Source: Octopus bimaculoides
Taxonomy: Eukaryota
Length of the DNA stretch: 64,000 nucleotides
Assembly: GCF_001194135.2 (NCBI RefSeq)
Contig: NC_068990.1
Coordinates: 2,709,449-2,773,448, forward strand
Direction: 5' to 3'
Shown one piece after another: positions 52,704 to 64,000 of the stretch. Both the position numbers and the translations under genes were made by a program. Each line of letters starts with the position of its first letter. The first letter of the stretch is position 1. A model generated the notes under the pieces. The model was not told the origin of the DNA, did not search any database, and was given only the letters and a program-made list of their open reading frames with translations.

Positions 52704-53094
52704 GATATTTATGAACTTATGATAAACATATCTGCATACAAAAGGTTGTTATAAAATTGATATATTTTATCTGTATGTATATTCTGTCTCTAGTAGGCAA
52801 TTCTGAATTGAAGTCATGAAAAAAGAACTGGATACTTTCAGGTACTCGTTCTTATACTAAGGATCTTAAAGATAAGAAGAGGATTTTGGTGTTCTACGGC
52901 AGATATTATATACTACTCTCTTCATACACTTTTAATGTGCACGTATTGCCCTATAGTGTAGCTGACTATATGCTAGTTGTGTCATACTAACACACTGCTC
53001 ACTCGAACACACACGCTTGAACATTACAAATAATGACAGGTACGTATAAATTGTTTGCATTTGTTCACATATAAAGTATATGTATGTGCATGTG

Positions 53095-53150
<56 letters not shown>

Positions 53151-53458
53151 GTAAAATGACTAATTCAGTATACATATNNNNNNNNNNNNNNNNNNNNNNN
53201 NNNNNNNNNNNNNNNNNNNNNNNNNNNNNNNNNNNNNNNNNNNNNNNNNNNNNNNNNNNNNNNNNNNNNNNNNNNNNNNNNNNNNNNNNNNNNNNNNNNN
53301 NNNNNNNNNNNNNNNNNNNNNNNNNNNNNNNNNNNNNNNNNNNNNNNNNNNNNNNNNNNNNNNNNNNNNNNNNNNNNNNNNNNNNNNNNNNNNNNNNNNN
53401 NNNNNNNNNNNNNNNNNNNNNNNNNNNNNNNNNNNNNNNNNNNNNNNNNNNNNNNNNN

Positions 53459-53490
<32 letters not shown>

Positions 53491-54706
53491 CATATATATA
53501 TTTTTTATATATATATATACACGCATATATTATGCATACATTACACGTACATGTGTACACGCATGTAACAAAACAGGAACGTGAACATTGTTTTTGGTAT
53601 TATTTTTTTCTCCATTAAATGTGTTTAGTTTGCTAATAGTAATTACAATGATTTACATGTCTATATAACATGTAAGGAATTTACTATTTGTAATTCATTA
53701 GATAGACACACAACAGCAACTATGGCTGATGGTAAGAATTGATTGTAACACTGGAACAAGCAGATGTGAATCAAGAGGAAAACAGCTGGGATTTACCCTA
53801 ATTAACTATATATATATATGTGTGTACATATATATGCGTGTGTGTGTTTGCGTGTCTGTGTATGTATGTATGTATGTATATATTTATGTATGTATGTATG
53901 TATGTAAGTAAGTATGTATGTACGTATGTATGCACGTATATAATGACCTAAGAGAAAGATTTGAAGTGTCCGGTGGTATGTAGGTGAATAACATAGACAA
54001 ATCCCTGTACTTTTAAATAATATTCAAAATAAATACATGATTTATTAGAATTATCTCCGACTATATGTAGAGGTGTATGTTTGAAAATATTGAAATATTA
54101 CCTAGCGACATGGACCTACGTTGATCGATGACGTGTACAACCGATCATATATATTCATGCTCAGTATTTTTCTGATAGATATTTATTGATTTCAGAAGCA
54201 TGAAATGCACATTCCTACAGCAAACCAACAGAGTTTAGGATTTTTAAATAGATATGAAACAGAACATATTCGTCTGCAGCTTTACTGATTATTTTCTCAC
54301 CTACATTTATACATATCAAAACACAATACAATGTAACATGCCTAGATACATTACAAATTCGGGCCAATAAAAATCCATTTCGTATATTTGATTTTGTTGT
54401 TTGTCTGCATGCAGTCCTAAAATATCTGAGCCACGATCAAAGGAGTTCTAGTATCCTATATAACTTTTGAACATTCAGGGTTGCAAAGTTCCATGTTTCC
54501 CTGGACTAAGGAGAAAGATTCCGTTTCTATTTCTTGTATAATACCAATAAAATTATACCGTCAAAATGAACCAGCCAGTTTGTACTATGGACATTGATTT
54601 TGACATATTTTGAAGTGATGGTTAATAGATGATCGATAAGTAAAATATTTCCAATTTAATTTCAATGTTAATAATGCCTGACGTTAAAAAACTCAGATCT
54701 AATTCG

Positions 54707-55850
54707 TCAGATAGTCACAGAACAGCAACTGTGGCTACATATTGATTGTAAGAATGGGATAAGCAGATGTGCTACTAATTTTGATGTAAACTTTCTTCTA
54801 CTGGAAAAAAATCTCAATCTGTTATGCCAAAATGTAGCTAGAAACCGGTCCTCTTTAAAAATGTTAACAGTTTTCAATTTGGTTTTGAACTGAATTAGCG
54901 ACAAGTTCTGAAAGATGCTGCGTGTGAGTAAATTGCGGCCTTAAGTATATTATTCAACTACTACCCTAGTTGAATGATACATACTTATATGTGTTTATAT
55001 ATATATATATAGATATATATATATACATACATACATACATATGTGTGTATCTGTATGTGTATGTGCGCGCGCTCTCCACTTTCGTTTATAGTTTGAGCTG
55101 GTCGTCTAAAGCGTAATTATATTTGTGCTTGTCTGTTGTACTGTATGCCTCCATTCATCATCAATAACATTTTACTATTCTCTGTCCTGAACTCGCATCC
55201 GTGATTTCTCATATTTTTCCAGCTTCTAAATCCTTAAGCTTTATTTTTAACATTTGATTTCTCATTCGCAAACAAAATGCCATGACCGCGAAATCTTTTA
55301 TTCTACACTACTCCAGACAAGAAAATGATTAACAATCTTCTGAAATTTGCCCATGCATATCAACAACAAATTATCTAGAATTTGATGCATTTTAAAGTTT
55401 TATTTAATAAATAAGCAATGTAATTTGGTTCCATTTGCAATGCATTCTACAGAATATTGGCTTAAAATTTTGTGAGATTAGTTATCATATTTTCTTAACT
55501 TTTGGCAGTTATAGGAACAAGTTTTTATATTTGGAACTCACTGCAAGTGTTATTTTTTGATACTTCATTGTGTATCCACGAGCAAACTAATATATTTGCC
55601 CGAGCGGAATATGGGACGATATTTTGATTTAAGTCTAAGCAATTTACTTTACCAGTATAAAGTTTTGATGTGTTTGCATGCTTAATTAGGTTTGCATGTA
55701 CTTGTCTTTTCAGGATATTTTCTGTTCTGTTACGAAGCACAAATTTTTCCTGTGCTAAAAGTAATAACACAAATAAAATAATGAATATCACGTTTAATCC
55801 TTTCATCCTCAACACGAATACGGAAAACCCTAACATTTTTCACAACAATC
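54707..55850 (-). pseudogene. Possible decayed class A GPCR split by a microsatellite
   Basis: L*LL*KMLGFSVFVLRMKGLNVIFIILFVLLLLA (TM1-TM2-like), ITLAVSSKY (TM3-like), NSKMLLMM (TM6 start-like), FFSSRRKFTSKL..SHSCCSVTI* (helix 8 and Cys tail). Confidence 0.35.
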
Positions 55851-55885
55851 ACATCAAGAACCGAATGAGAAAATCTAGACTCTAA

Positions 55886-55918
<33 letters not shown>

Positions 55919-56425
55919 NNNNNNNNNNATATATAAATAGATAGATAGATATATATATATATATGTGTGTGTGTGTATGTGTACGTATGTATGTATGTAT
56001 GTTTATATATATACATCTATGTATATGTATCTGTATATGTATATTTGTGTGTGTATTTATTTGTGATTGAAATGACAAGCTTTATTTTAGTGAAACCACG
56101 TATGATCGTCCATACTTGAAATCCACGAGTTAATTGAAAGCAGAAATAAAAGCTGAAACTAATGTGTAAATGCTTTATAAAATCAGTGTTTAAACAAAAG
56201 AAGGGCCGTTTTATCTCACCTACCTTGAAAACCTTCTTTAATTAACTACATCTTTATATACGTGCCTTATTAAAATTAATATTCACATGTCTGTACACAT
56301 GCAAAAAATACAGCAATTCTGGTCAGAAAATGTATATGTAAAAATAGGATGTCTTTAGAAAATCCATGGTATGTAGCGTTATATGTTTGATATCATAATC
56401 AGGCTACAAGCTATGGAATCGTTTA

Positions 56426-56576
56426 GTGGTATTTTACTAGTACTTATTTTATCAACCCCGGAATGATCAAAGCAAAGTCGACCTCAGCGGAATTTGAACT
56501 CAGAACGTAAAGATGGGCGAAATGCCGCTAAGCATTTCACTCGGCATACTAACAATCCTGCCAGCCTGCCGCCTTA
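56426..56576 (-). mobile_element. SINE family S1 with 10-bp target-site duplication
   Basis: GAATCGTTTA occurs at 56416-56425 and 56577-56586, flanking GCAAAGTCGACCTCAGCGGAATTTGAACTCAGAACGTAAAG...GCCGCTAAGCATTTC. Confidence 0.85.
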
Positions 56577-57881
56577 GAATCGTTTATAATATAAGTAGCT
56601 TTTAGTACAACAGTTGCCCACATTTCAAAAGTATAGGGACTGTTGATTTAATTCATCCCTGAGGAAAATGACAAGAGTTTATGTTATCGATACCACGTAT
56701 GATTTTTGATAACGAAAACCCACTTGTTGATCGAACACAGAAATGAAGGAACTGAAGCTATGTTGTGTAAATACTTTATAACTTCAGTGGTTAGAAAAAA
56801 AAGGGCTGGCTTATCTCAGCTATCTTCAAAACCTTCATTAATTAACTCCATTATTATTCTCGTACCTTATTAAAATGATATTATTTTAAAATAAATATTC
56901 ACATTTTTATGAATGCATCCAGAGAAGAAATCAGAAAACAAAACAAAACATAACAAAATATCAATTAAAACTAACAAAAACATGTATAACACTTTTCCAG
57001 CAATAAATATCATTATCGATATCGTTTATCACCATCTCGAGGAAAAGAAAGTCGAATTACGGGAAATTAAAACATCAACCAATCATGGATGACTTTATAT
57101 TTGTTAGAGATCTTTTTCATTTCCTTTCGTTCTCCTTCTCTTTCACCCTGTTCTACACAACCTGTCTGTTTCTTTCATTGTCTCTCTTTACCTCTCTCTA
57201 ACTTTATACACACATCCTCTCATATTTCTTCGTTGCTCCCTTTTTTGTTTAAAGATTTAATAAACCGACCTGAAGTTATAATCATAAAGGAAGTAATGAA
57301 TATTGACAAGAAAGATCAAAGTCTTTGTTAATCTTCGACTCGAAGCATTAAAAATGATGGCTAAAATATTGCAATCTGAATTAAGAATGTTAATCATGCT
57401 CCTATCATAATGTAGTTTGAAACAGAAACAAAATGAAAAAGACAAAACAAAAAGAAACAACCTAAAATTAAATATATTTGCCAAATAAGATGGAAGCAGA
57501 TACACATGGGAAGAAAGAAAACAAAGTGGTGTTAACAGAGGTTCTTTCAGATAACGTGTTTAAATTCAGTCACGCATAAATTCTGATGGTTGTCGCACTG
57601 ACATCCAAAAAGAGCCACACAAAATATATCATCTAACGTATCTTATGAATAACTTTCATCACTGCTTAATATGGCATTGCGCTGCATATAACAGTTTAAT
57701 ATGCCTAAGCATATATTGTATATCCACCTAATCAACATTCACTCCGTGTATTTGCATATATCAATACGCAAACGCACACGCCTACTGTAGTATTCATGCA
57801 CACTCATAAAATACACATGTTATGTATTTACATATGTTATACATGTCTGTGTCTCTGCGTGCGTGTACTCAAGCGTATATG

Positions 57882-57920
<39 letters not shown>

Positions 57921-58499
57921 GTGCATATATATGTGTGTGTATGTATATATGCATACATACACATATACATATATATGCCTATGTGTGTGCGTATGGGTGT
58001 GCGTATGTGTGTGTGTATACATTTCTGCATAGCTAATTTTGATCATTAAGATTTAAGAGGGAATTCATTGGATGCATCGTGTTCATTTCTTGCTACAGTA
58101 TTGCATGTCGGCTCATGCACAAGACTGCGTAGTAATAACAGTACTCAACTATTTTAAGCTCCTGCAACCTGGCCTTTTGAATTCCTAAATACTACTTGTA
58201 ACTAGTAAATTCCTGGCGTGTTAAGTAAATTGCAGTCAGCACTGTCTTGATTGGATCATATTGTAATATCAAATATGCTCTTAAAGCCAGCATCTTGGAA
58301 ATGTTGGGCACACTTTCATTAGGTATATTATTTTACCTCTTTACTTTATCTACTCTGAAATGTGTATTATGAAAGTTGACAGCACAGCATTACCTAAAAC
58401 AAATGTAACAGCAGCCTCTCCGAAATTGCAATCTACCCACATTATAGAGCATTACACGTGATGCTGTTGTGATTTAGCAGTTGTAAAGAATGTAAGTAG

Positions 58500-60500
58500 T
58501 GGACCACAAACAATGTGTGACACAAATCAATCTTTCAGTTATACGATGTCAAGTTGAGACATATAGTGCGTACCCAGACTGTGTGTCTTTTGAAATAAAG
58601 TTCATTCCTTGCTGCATGTGAATTGTAAACAAATTCTGATAATGAGCTGTGCGCAATAATTTGTATTTTGCAGGCTATTGTATATTGTTTTGGAGAGGCT
58701 GAAGAAGTATGCTTTCTGCTTTTCTTATACTATCACTTTCGTTAATTTCTGTTAGTAAAATGTGGTACCTAAAATCGCTTTGCTTTCTATGTGACATGTA
58801 TACGTCGGGAAGGATCTATAACTTCTTGTTTTTGTTTTCTGCCAGTGTATGTTCATGAGTTTGCGTACACATGCGCGCGCACGTGTTTGTACCTGCGTTG
58901 CATATGTTGTTCAATCTGTGGGTTGGTAGTCTTTGGCGAGATTCGTTGTTGCCAGTAAGAACGGATATACTTCATTGCGTTGTTATTTGAAAGTCAACTG
59001 TTGCGCTGTCACATTTTAAATTTATTTAAAGAGAGTTCGGATAGTTGTGTGCAAGTGTCTAGATAATTAAGCGACGACGTGAGCATTCTACAATCTGCGT
59101 ATAATGCTGTTTATTTTATATGGTTGTGTGAAAGTCCTTGAATTAAAGATTGAAATGAATGCGTGGGGAAACGGATGTCGGTAGCATTCGTGCATGAAAA
59201 GTCTGTTTCTGAAACTGCTATCCTTGTAAACTATACAAGTTTTGAGGCATGATGGTTAATTACTTGCAAGCATTTTGCATTGGATATTAAGATGGTGTCC
59301 AGGTATTTGTGTATGTATATGGGCTAGCGAATTATCGTTTCTTATATTTTTACAGGTGTGTCTAACTTTGTCATGTATCTGTATAATGTTAATTCATCTG
59401 AGCTATTTTGGGATTTGGAATTATCGCAATGAATCCTAACTTCAGTGCATTTAATCGTTCAGACCATAAGTGTTTCAGGTGTACGCTTGACAATTTGATA
59501 GTTTCTAAGTTGCTTGAGTTTTACATCTCTCTATTGCATTTTTATATCTTATGCAATAAGGGTATGACACTGCAAAAGCCATGAATATTATTTTCTTAAG
59601 AGACGCGTACATATATTTCAACTTCAGTTCGTCTTCTTTATGTGGGTTTTTGCTCTTAAATTTCGAGAAATGGTTGATAATTGTTTTTGGTTTCTTGTAT
59701 TGGTCTTTATTATCCGAAGTTGTTATTGTGGCGTAAGTTATGGTTTGGTCGCCGTTACTGATGATGATGCGAATTATTTTACATATAGTATTTTAATTTT
59801 ATCGATACCGTTTATATCTGATGCAAGAAATTAATGTTTTCCCGACATTTATGGTTTATTTTCTGTTTGATGCTGAGTTTTATGTTGAGTTGTGACCTCT
59901 TCTGTTCATTATGTGTCAGTTCGTCTTAAGTGTTTATGAAGTTGACTATTCCTGGTGCTTTATTAGTGGTTACCTCTTATGTCGTAGCGTGTGATATGTT
60001 TCCTTTAGATGAATCTATAATCAGTTTGTTGACTGTATGCACAGTATTGTCTATGTTCTTTTTTTTTTGCGGTTGAATTCACAAAACTTTTATTCTGTTT
60101 CTTTGCGGTCTTCTCTTCGGTTTACTTTGTGTAGGTTGATAAAAATTTGCTATATTTTTCATTAACGTATGAGTGCGTCGTAAAAATAATTGACAAGTGA
60201 TATGAAAGAAATACTGGATTTTTTGTCAAATGGGTGTTTTATAGTGGACGTGTTATGTACGTTTAAGAGGTGCTGTAATTATTTTCTTGAAACTTTTATT
60301 AATAGGTGTTGATTAAATTGGAAGGAAAGCGTGTCTAGTTGTACTGATATTGTGTCATCTTTATATTCTGCACGTCTGGAAAATTGAGAGCGCTGGTGGT
60401 GTTTATTAAAGAGTCAATTTCCTGCACTTGGAGGGGTGTAGCATGGTGGAAAATTATTCACATCGGTGTTAGACATGCACGTGTTTATTATCTTGATGTG
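58500..60500 (-). mobile_element. Very old LINE-like relic (clade unassigned)
   Basis: Marked T/G skew on the plus strand. Minus-strand motifs in RT order: NKAPG (~59950), AFA (~59570), YGLN (~59460), HKYLDTIL (~59300), WQQR (~58950). Confidence 0.3.
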
Positions 60501-61699
60501 CTTAAATTTGATACTTAGTATTTCTCATTTTAAAAATCTATATCTCTGCAGCAGTGGCCTTCGCTATTAGATTCCAAATGATATTTTTATGTAAGATATA
60601 AAGACGCTCACATGCCCAAAGACATGGCTATTCAGATTTTTCTACTAATTCTTAGTTGCCGGTGTTTTGTGCAGTGGTAGTGTGAATGTTTTCTGAATTA
60701 TTAGAGCAACAATATTGTACATATAAAAGGTAGGGTTGTTTGTTACATGCATAACAATCTATTAAATATCTCATTTTCAAAAGTATTTGTACGGGACCGT
60801 GGGGGTAGGAAAGTGGGGTAATGGCATTGCCTATTTTTATCGATGTTTTTGCTTATTTGTCTGGATCATTAGAATATGTTATGTATTGTAGGGCACTTTA
60901 TATTTAGTGTTTCTGATGTTATCCGAAATTTTGTCACTTGCTATCAATCAAGAATTTATTCTTTCAAAAAACATCAAATACCTTTTAAATCAACCACTAC
61001 CGTGTTTATGCAAGAAGGATACTTATAAGATAATTTACCCCAAATTCCCTGAAAATACCAGTTGGGTCACCAGTGGACTGCCTTTCATCATAAGACTGCG
61101 CGATTTGAATTGATCTGAGAATAATATCAACTAGTAGATTTCTATTACTGTGTTACTTAAAAACGAACTGTAAAATTAGAACTGCAAAATTTAGCTTTCA
61201 TAAAACAAATAAAGTATGAATGTACTTATGACATTACGAAACACCGATAGTAATGTAACTATCAGCGACTCGCAAAGGACACACACAGTTGACAGACCTG
61301 CTACAAATAATCACTAATCTCCACCACATCACCCCGTACATGATCAATAGTTGAACATAGGCTTTATTAAACAAGGATGACATAGGATTAGACAAATTAT
61401 AAAGCGTCTAATCAACGGAGCGCCACTTTTATATGTATTGGATTCAGTACAGTTTACAGGGGTGGAACTTCGAAACCATCAACTATTTAACCCCTTCTTA
61501 TCAAGTCCGTAGACTGCAGTTCTTCGATGACTTTTACCAGTTTTTACAGATATTACCCATTACACACCGTTGGTACTTATATCTTGTTTTGTTAGCTTCA
61601 TGTCTATGGAACGAAAGCAGAAAGCGAATGTATTTTTTTAAACAGATGAATCTCTTCTGTTTATTACGTCGTTATATTTGTATAAAGTCAGGAATTATT

Positions 61700-62450
61700 A
61701 GAATATATAGAGAGTCGACTCAAATGCACTGCGCTTTTTCTTCTGTATCGTTGATTTCAAAACAAGCGATACCAACTTTATAATTTTTTCCTTCCTTTCA
61801 ATAGGGGTGGATGTATAAAGTGCAAGTTCATGATCGTAGACTGCTTGGATTAGTGCTGGACGTGATATCTTGTTTCATATGCAGTAGGTGTTTGTGTTTA
61901 GGATACAACATGTGCAATGACAAATACACTTGCTTTTTAATTGGATAATATCTGTGTCAAAAGTAGGGGACACTTACACGCATGGAAATTGCTGATCTTC
62001 CATAAGAAAATGGTTCAAGCATGTGCTTGGAATAGGAAGATTCTAGACATTGATTCATGGTTTCATTATATATTCTATGGCCTCGGATATATTGATACGT
62101 ATGTCTCCAAAATATGACCTGACACCTTACCTAGGCGCTACTATATTGTCTGAAAATATTGAGGATTTGAACATGACGCTATCAGTGCTGGAGGTATGAT
62201 TAGAAACATTGAAGCATTTCTTATGTTTCATCTGTCTACTTACATTTTATCTGTATTTTCGCAGCATCGTAAATATTACCCCATCTTCGTATTGATCATA
62301 GTTGTATTAGAGGTTCGGTATTTCTAATTACAATAAATTGTATTGACTGTATCTTTGGAAATATATAGCAGTCGTCGGTGATATAGATGTTTTATTCGAC
62401 GAAATTGATGAAGCTCTTCATCACAAAGATAAATCAATTTCTTCTTGAAA
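61700..62450 (-). mobile_element. Possible second decayed LINE RT fragment
   Basis: FIFVMKSFINFVE*NIYITDDCYIF (YxDD-like) near 62380 and QCLESS (P.LEY.S-like) near 62050. Confidence 0.25.
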
Positions 62451-64000
62451 ACTAAATTATCTGGTTCAAAAGTAAAGCGAATATTATATTAATATATTTG
62501 CTGGACACTTCTCTAATATACACAACTGAATGGAAGTGAAATTCACAATCATGTAGTATATGTATACCTACTAAATATTATTTCACTCGTTCTCTTCAGC
62601 GTATGAGAATTCATTTCAATGAACAAAACGATATATGAGCCAAATAGGATGTATTTCTTTTTCGAGTGTGTTTTAGAAGAGATAAAGGTAAAGAAGGAAA
62701 ATAGTAAATATGACAAAAATAATGAATAGTTACTACTAAGAACTATCTTCGATTTCTGTATCATATAAATAGTTATAATGAATATAACTCTTCAATACAA
62801 CACGATCGATAATGTTGGTGATAGACACACAAAACCATAGTAATGCCAGAGGCCAAAGTAAAGAGGTGAACATTGTTTAAACAAGATATATGCCATCGAG
62901 GGAAAACAATTTAACACTAAATGTGAAGTGGTGTATTCTGTGATGAAATAACAGAATGTTAAGAGGAGGAAACACCACAACTAGATATCATGATATATTG
63001 TCTATTTTCTGTATACTTTATTTTGCTTGCCTTGTTAATCCTTTGGTAATGATAATACATTTATCGGTTCATCTATATCAGACAAACTAAAATCTATTGC
63101 ATTTTCAAATGGGTGCATACGAGAAATTAAAACAGAGAAATTGAGAGAGTGAGTAATAAAGTGAGAGTTTGTCTTTTGTTTTTAAGATTTACTTCAACAG
63201 TTATAAAAGGTTGTATCTGTAGCTTTGTATTAATTTACAGTTACATATATTTTATTTGATTCGAACTAACGAATATCTCAAAGACTGTGTTAAGCTCAAG
63301 AGATTTCTACTTAATCGAATCATTGAGCTGAAAACAGAAAAGTTTGTGCCCCGTTACTGGCGCTGAATATGTACTGACAAAAATGGTTTAACACTCAACA
63401 GTGAAAATAGTTTTCTATAAACATGAAGGTGAAAGAGTATTTTTCCCAACGGAAATCAAGGCAGACAGTGCTCAAAGTACATCATCATTTGTTCGTAGCG
63501 CAGAGTTTCAATTCACATACTCCAGATACCAAACTACTTCACTGTACCCATTATAAAATCTGATTCGAGTTACAGGATCACGAAGAGAAAGCTCATCCGG
63601 TTTTTCAAGGTATTTAGATGTCACTCTATCACAAAGCAACTTGAAAAGGAATCCCTTCTCAAAGGTACCTCATGCTGTCCGCCTCGATAATCTAGCCCAC
63701 GACCTAACCTAACGACGCGCATTCAACCCTGTGTCAACTAAGTCTTTATATATCACCATTCTTACTGATTCCATAAAGACAAGTATTTTACTGGGGATAA
63801 CTGCTCTTGGCCTCTACCAAACGTAAATTCCATCAAAATGTAACAGGTCGTTTCTATGTTTTCATTGATACTTTCAGATGAAGCACTATTCGTTTTGACT
63901 GCCCATACTAACCAACATCATTGATAAGGTGAGAGCTGTGTTTCATTTGGCAGTAATTTGCTACCCCGTTAAATTGTCAGTTGCCACTCCCATAAACTGT

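Noticed and set aside
1926-53584. Long ORFs in the track (100-365 aa) rich in X, YI, HT or CV
   Set aside because: They run through N gaps and dinucleotide repeats and have no coding signal.
54710-54760. Plus-strand QQLWLHID, like the WLHVD motif of PLP-dependent decarboxylases
   Set aside because: The following residues do not fit, the paralogous copy at 53.7 kb breaks the motif, and the minus-strand reading explains the conservation better.
63860-63935. AG...GT-bounded 51-nt exon-like segment
   Set aside because: All three frames contain stops and there is no partner exon.

Overview
AT-rich, microsatellite-dense eukaryotic DNA from a gapped short-read assembly; most N gaps are flanked by (TA)n. 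The SINE families and repeat style suggest an octopod cephalopod, but this is inference from memory, not a search. I found no intact protein-coding gene, and the long ORFs in the track are gap or microsatellite artefacts. The window holds three tRNA-type SINE families, relics of R4/Dong, RTE and Penelope-like retroelements, two maT-type Tc1/mariner transposons, a Helitron Rep fragment, and several badly decayed class A GPCR-like ORFs, all on the minus strand. The most interesting signal is six minimal type-I hammerhead ribozyme (HHR) motifs in two element families. Family B has 346-366 nt head-to-tail monomers with compensatory hairpin changes and looks retrozyme-like (5.1-5.5 kb, 33.2-33.8 kb). 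Family A has an HHR tail next to an (AAT)n tract; at 49.3-49.8 kb it appears joined to a tRNA-like Pol III head and arranged as a palindrome (other copies at 22.0 and 29.7 kb). All peptide alignments were done by eye.
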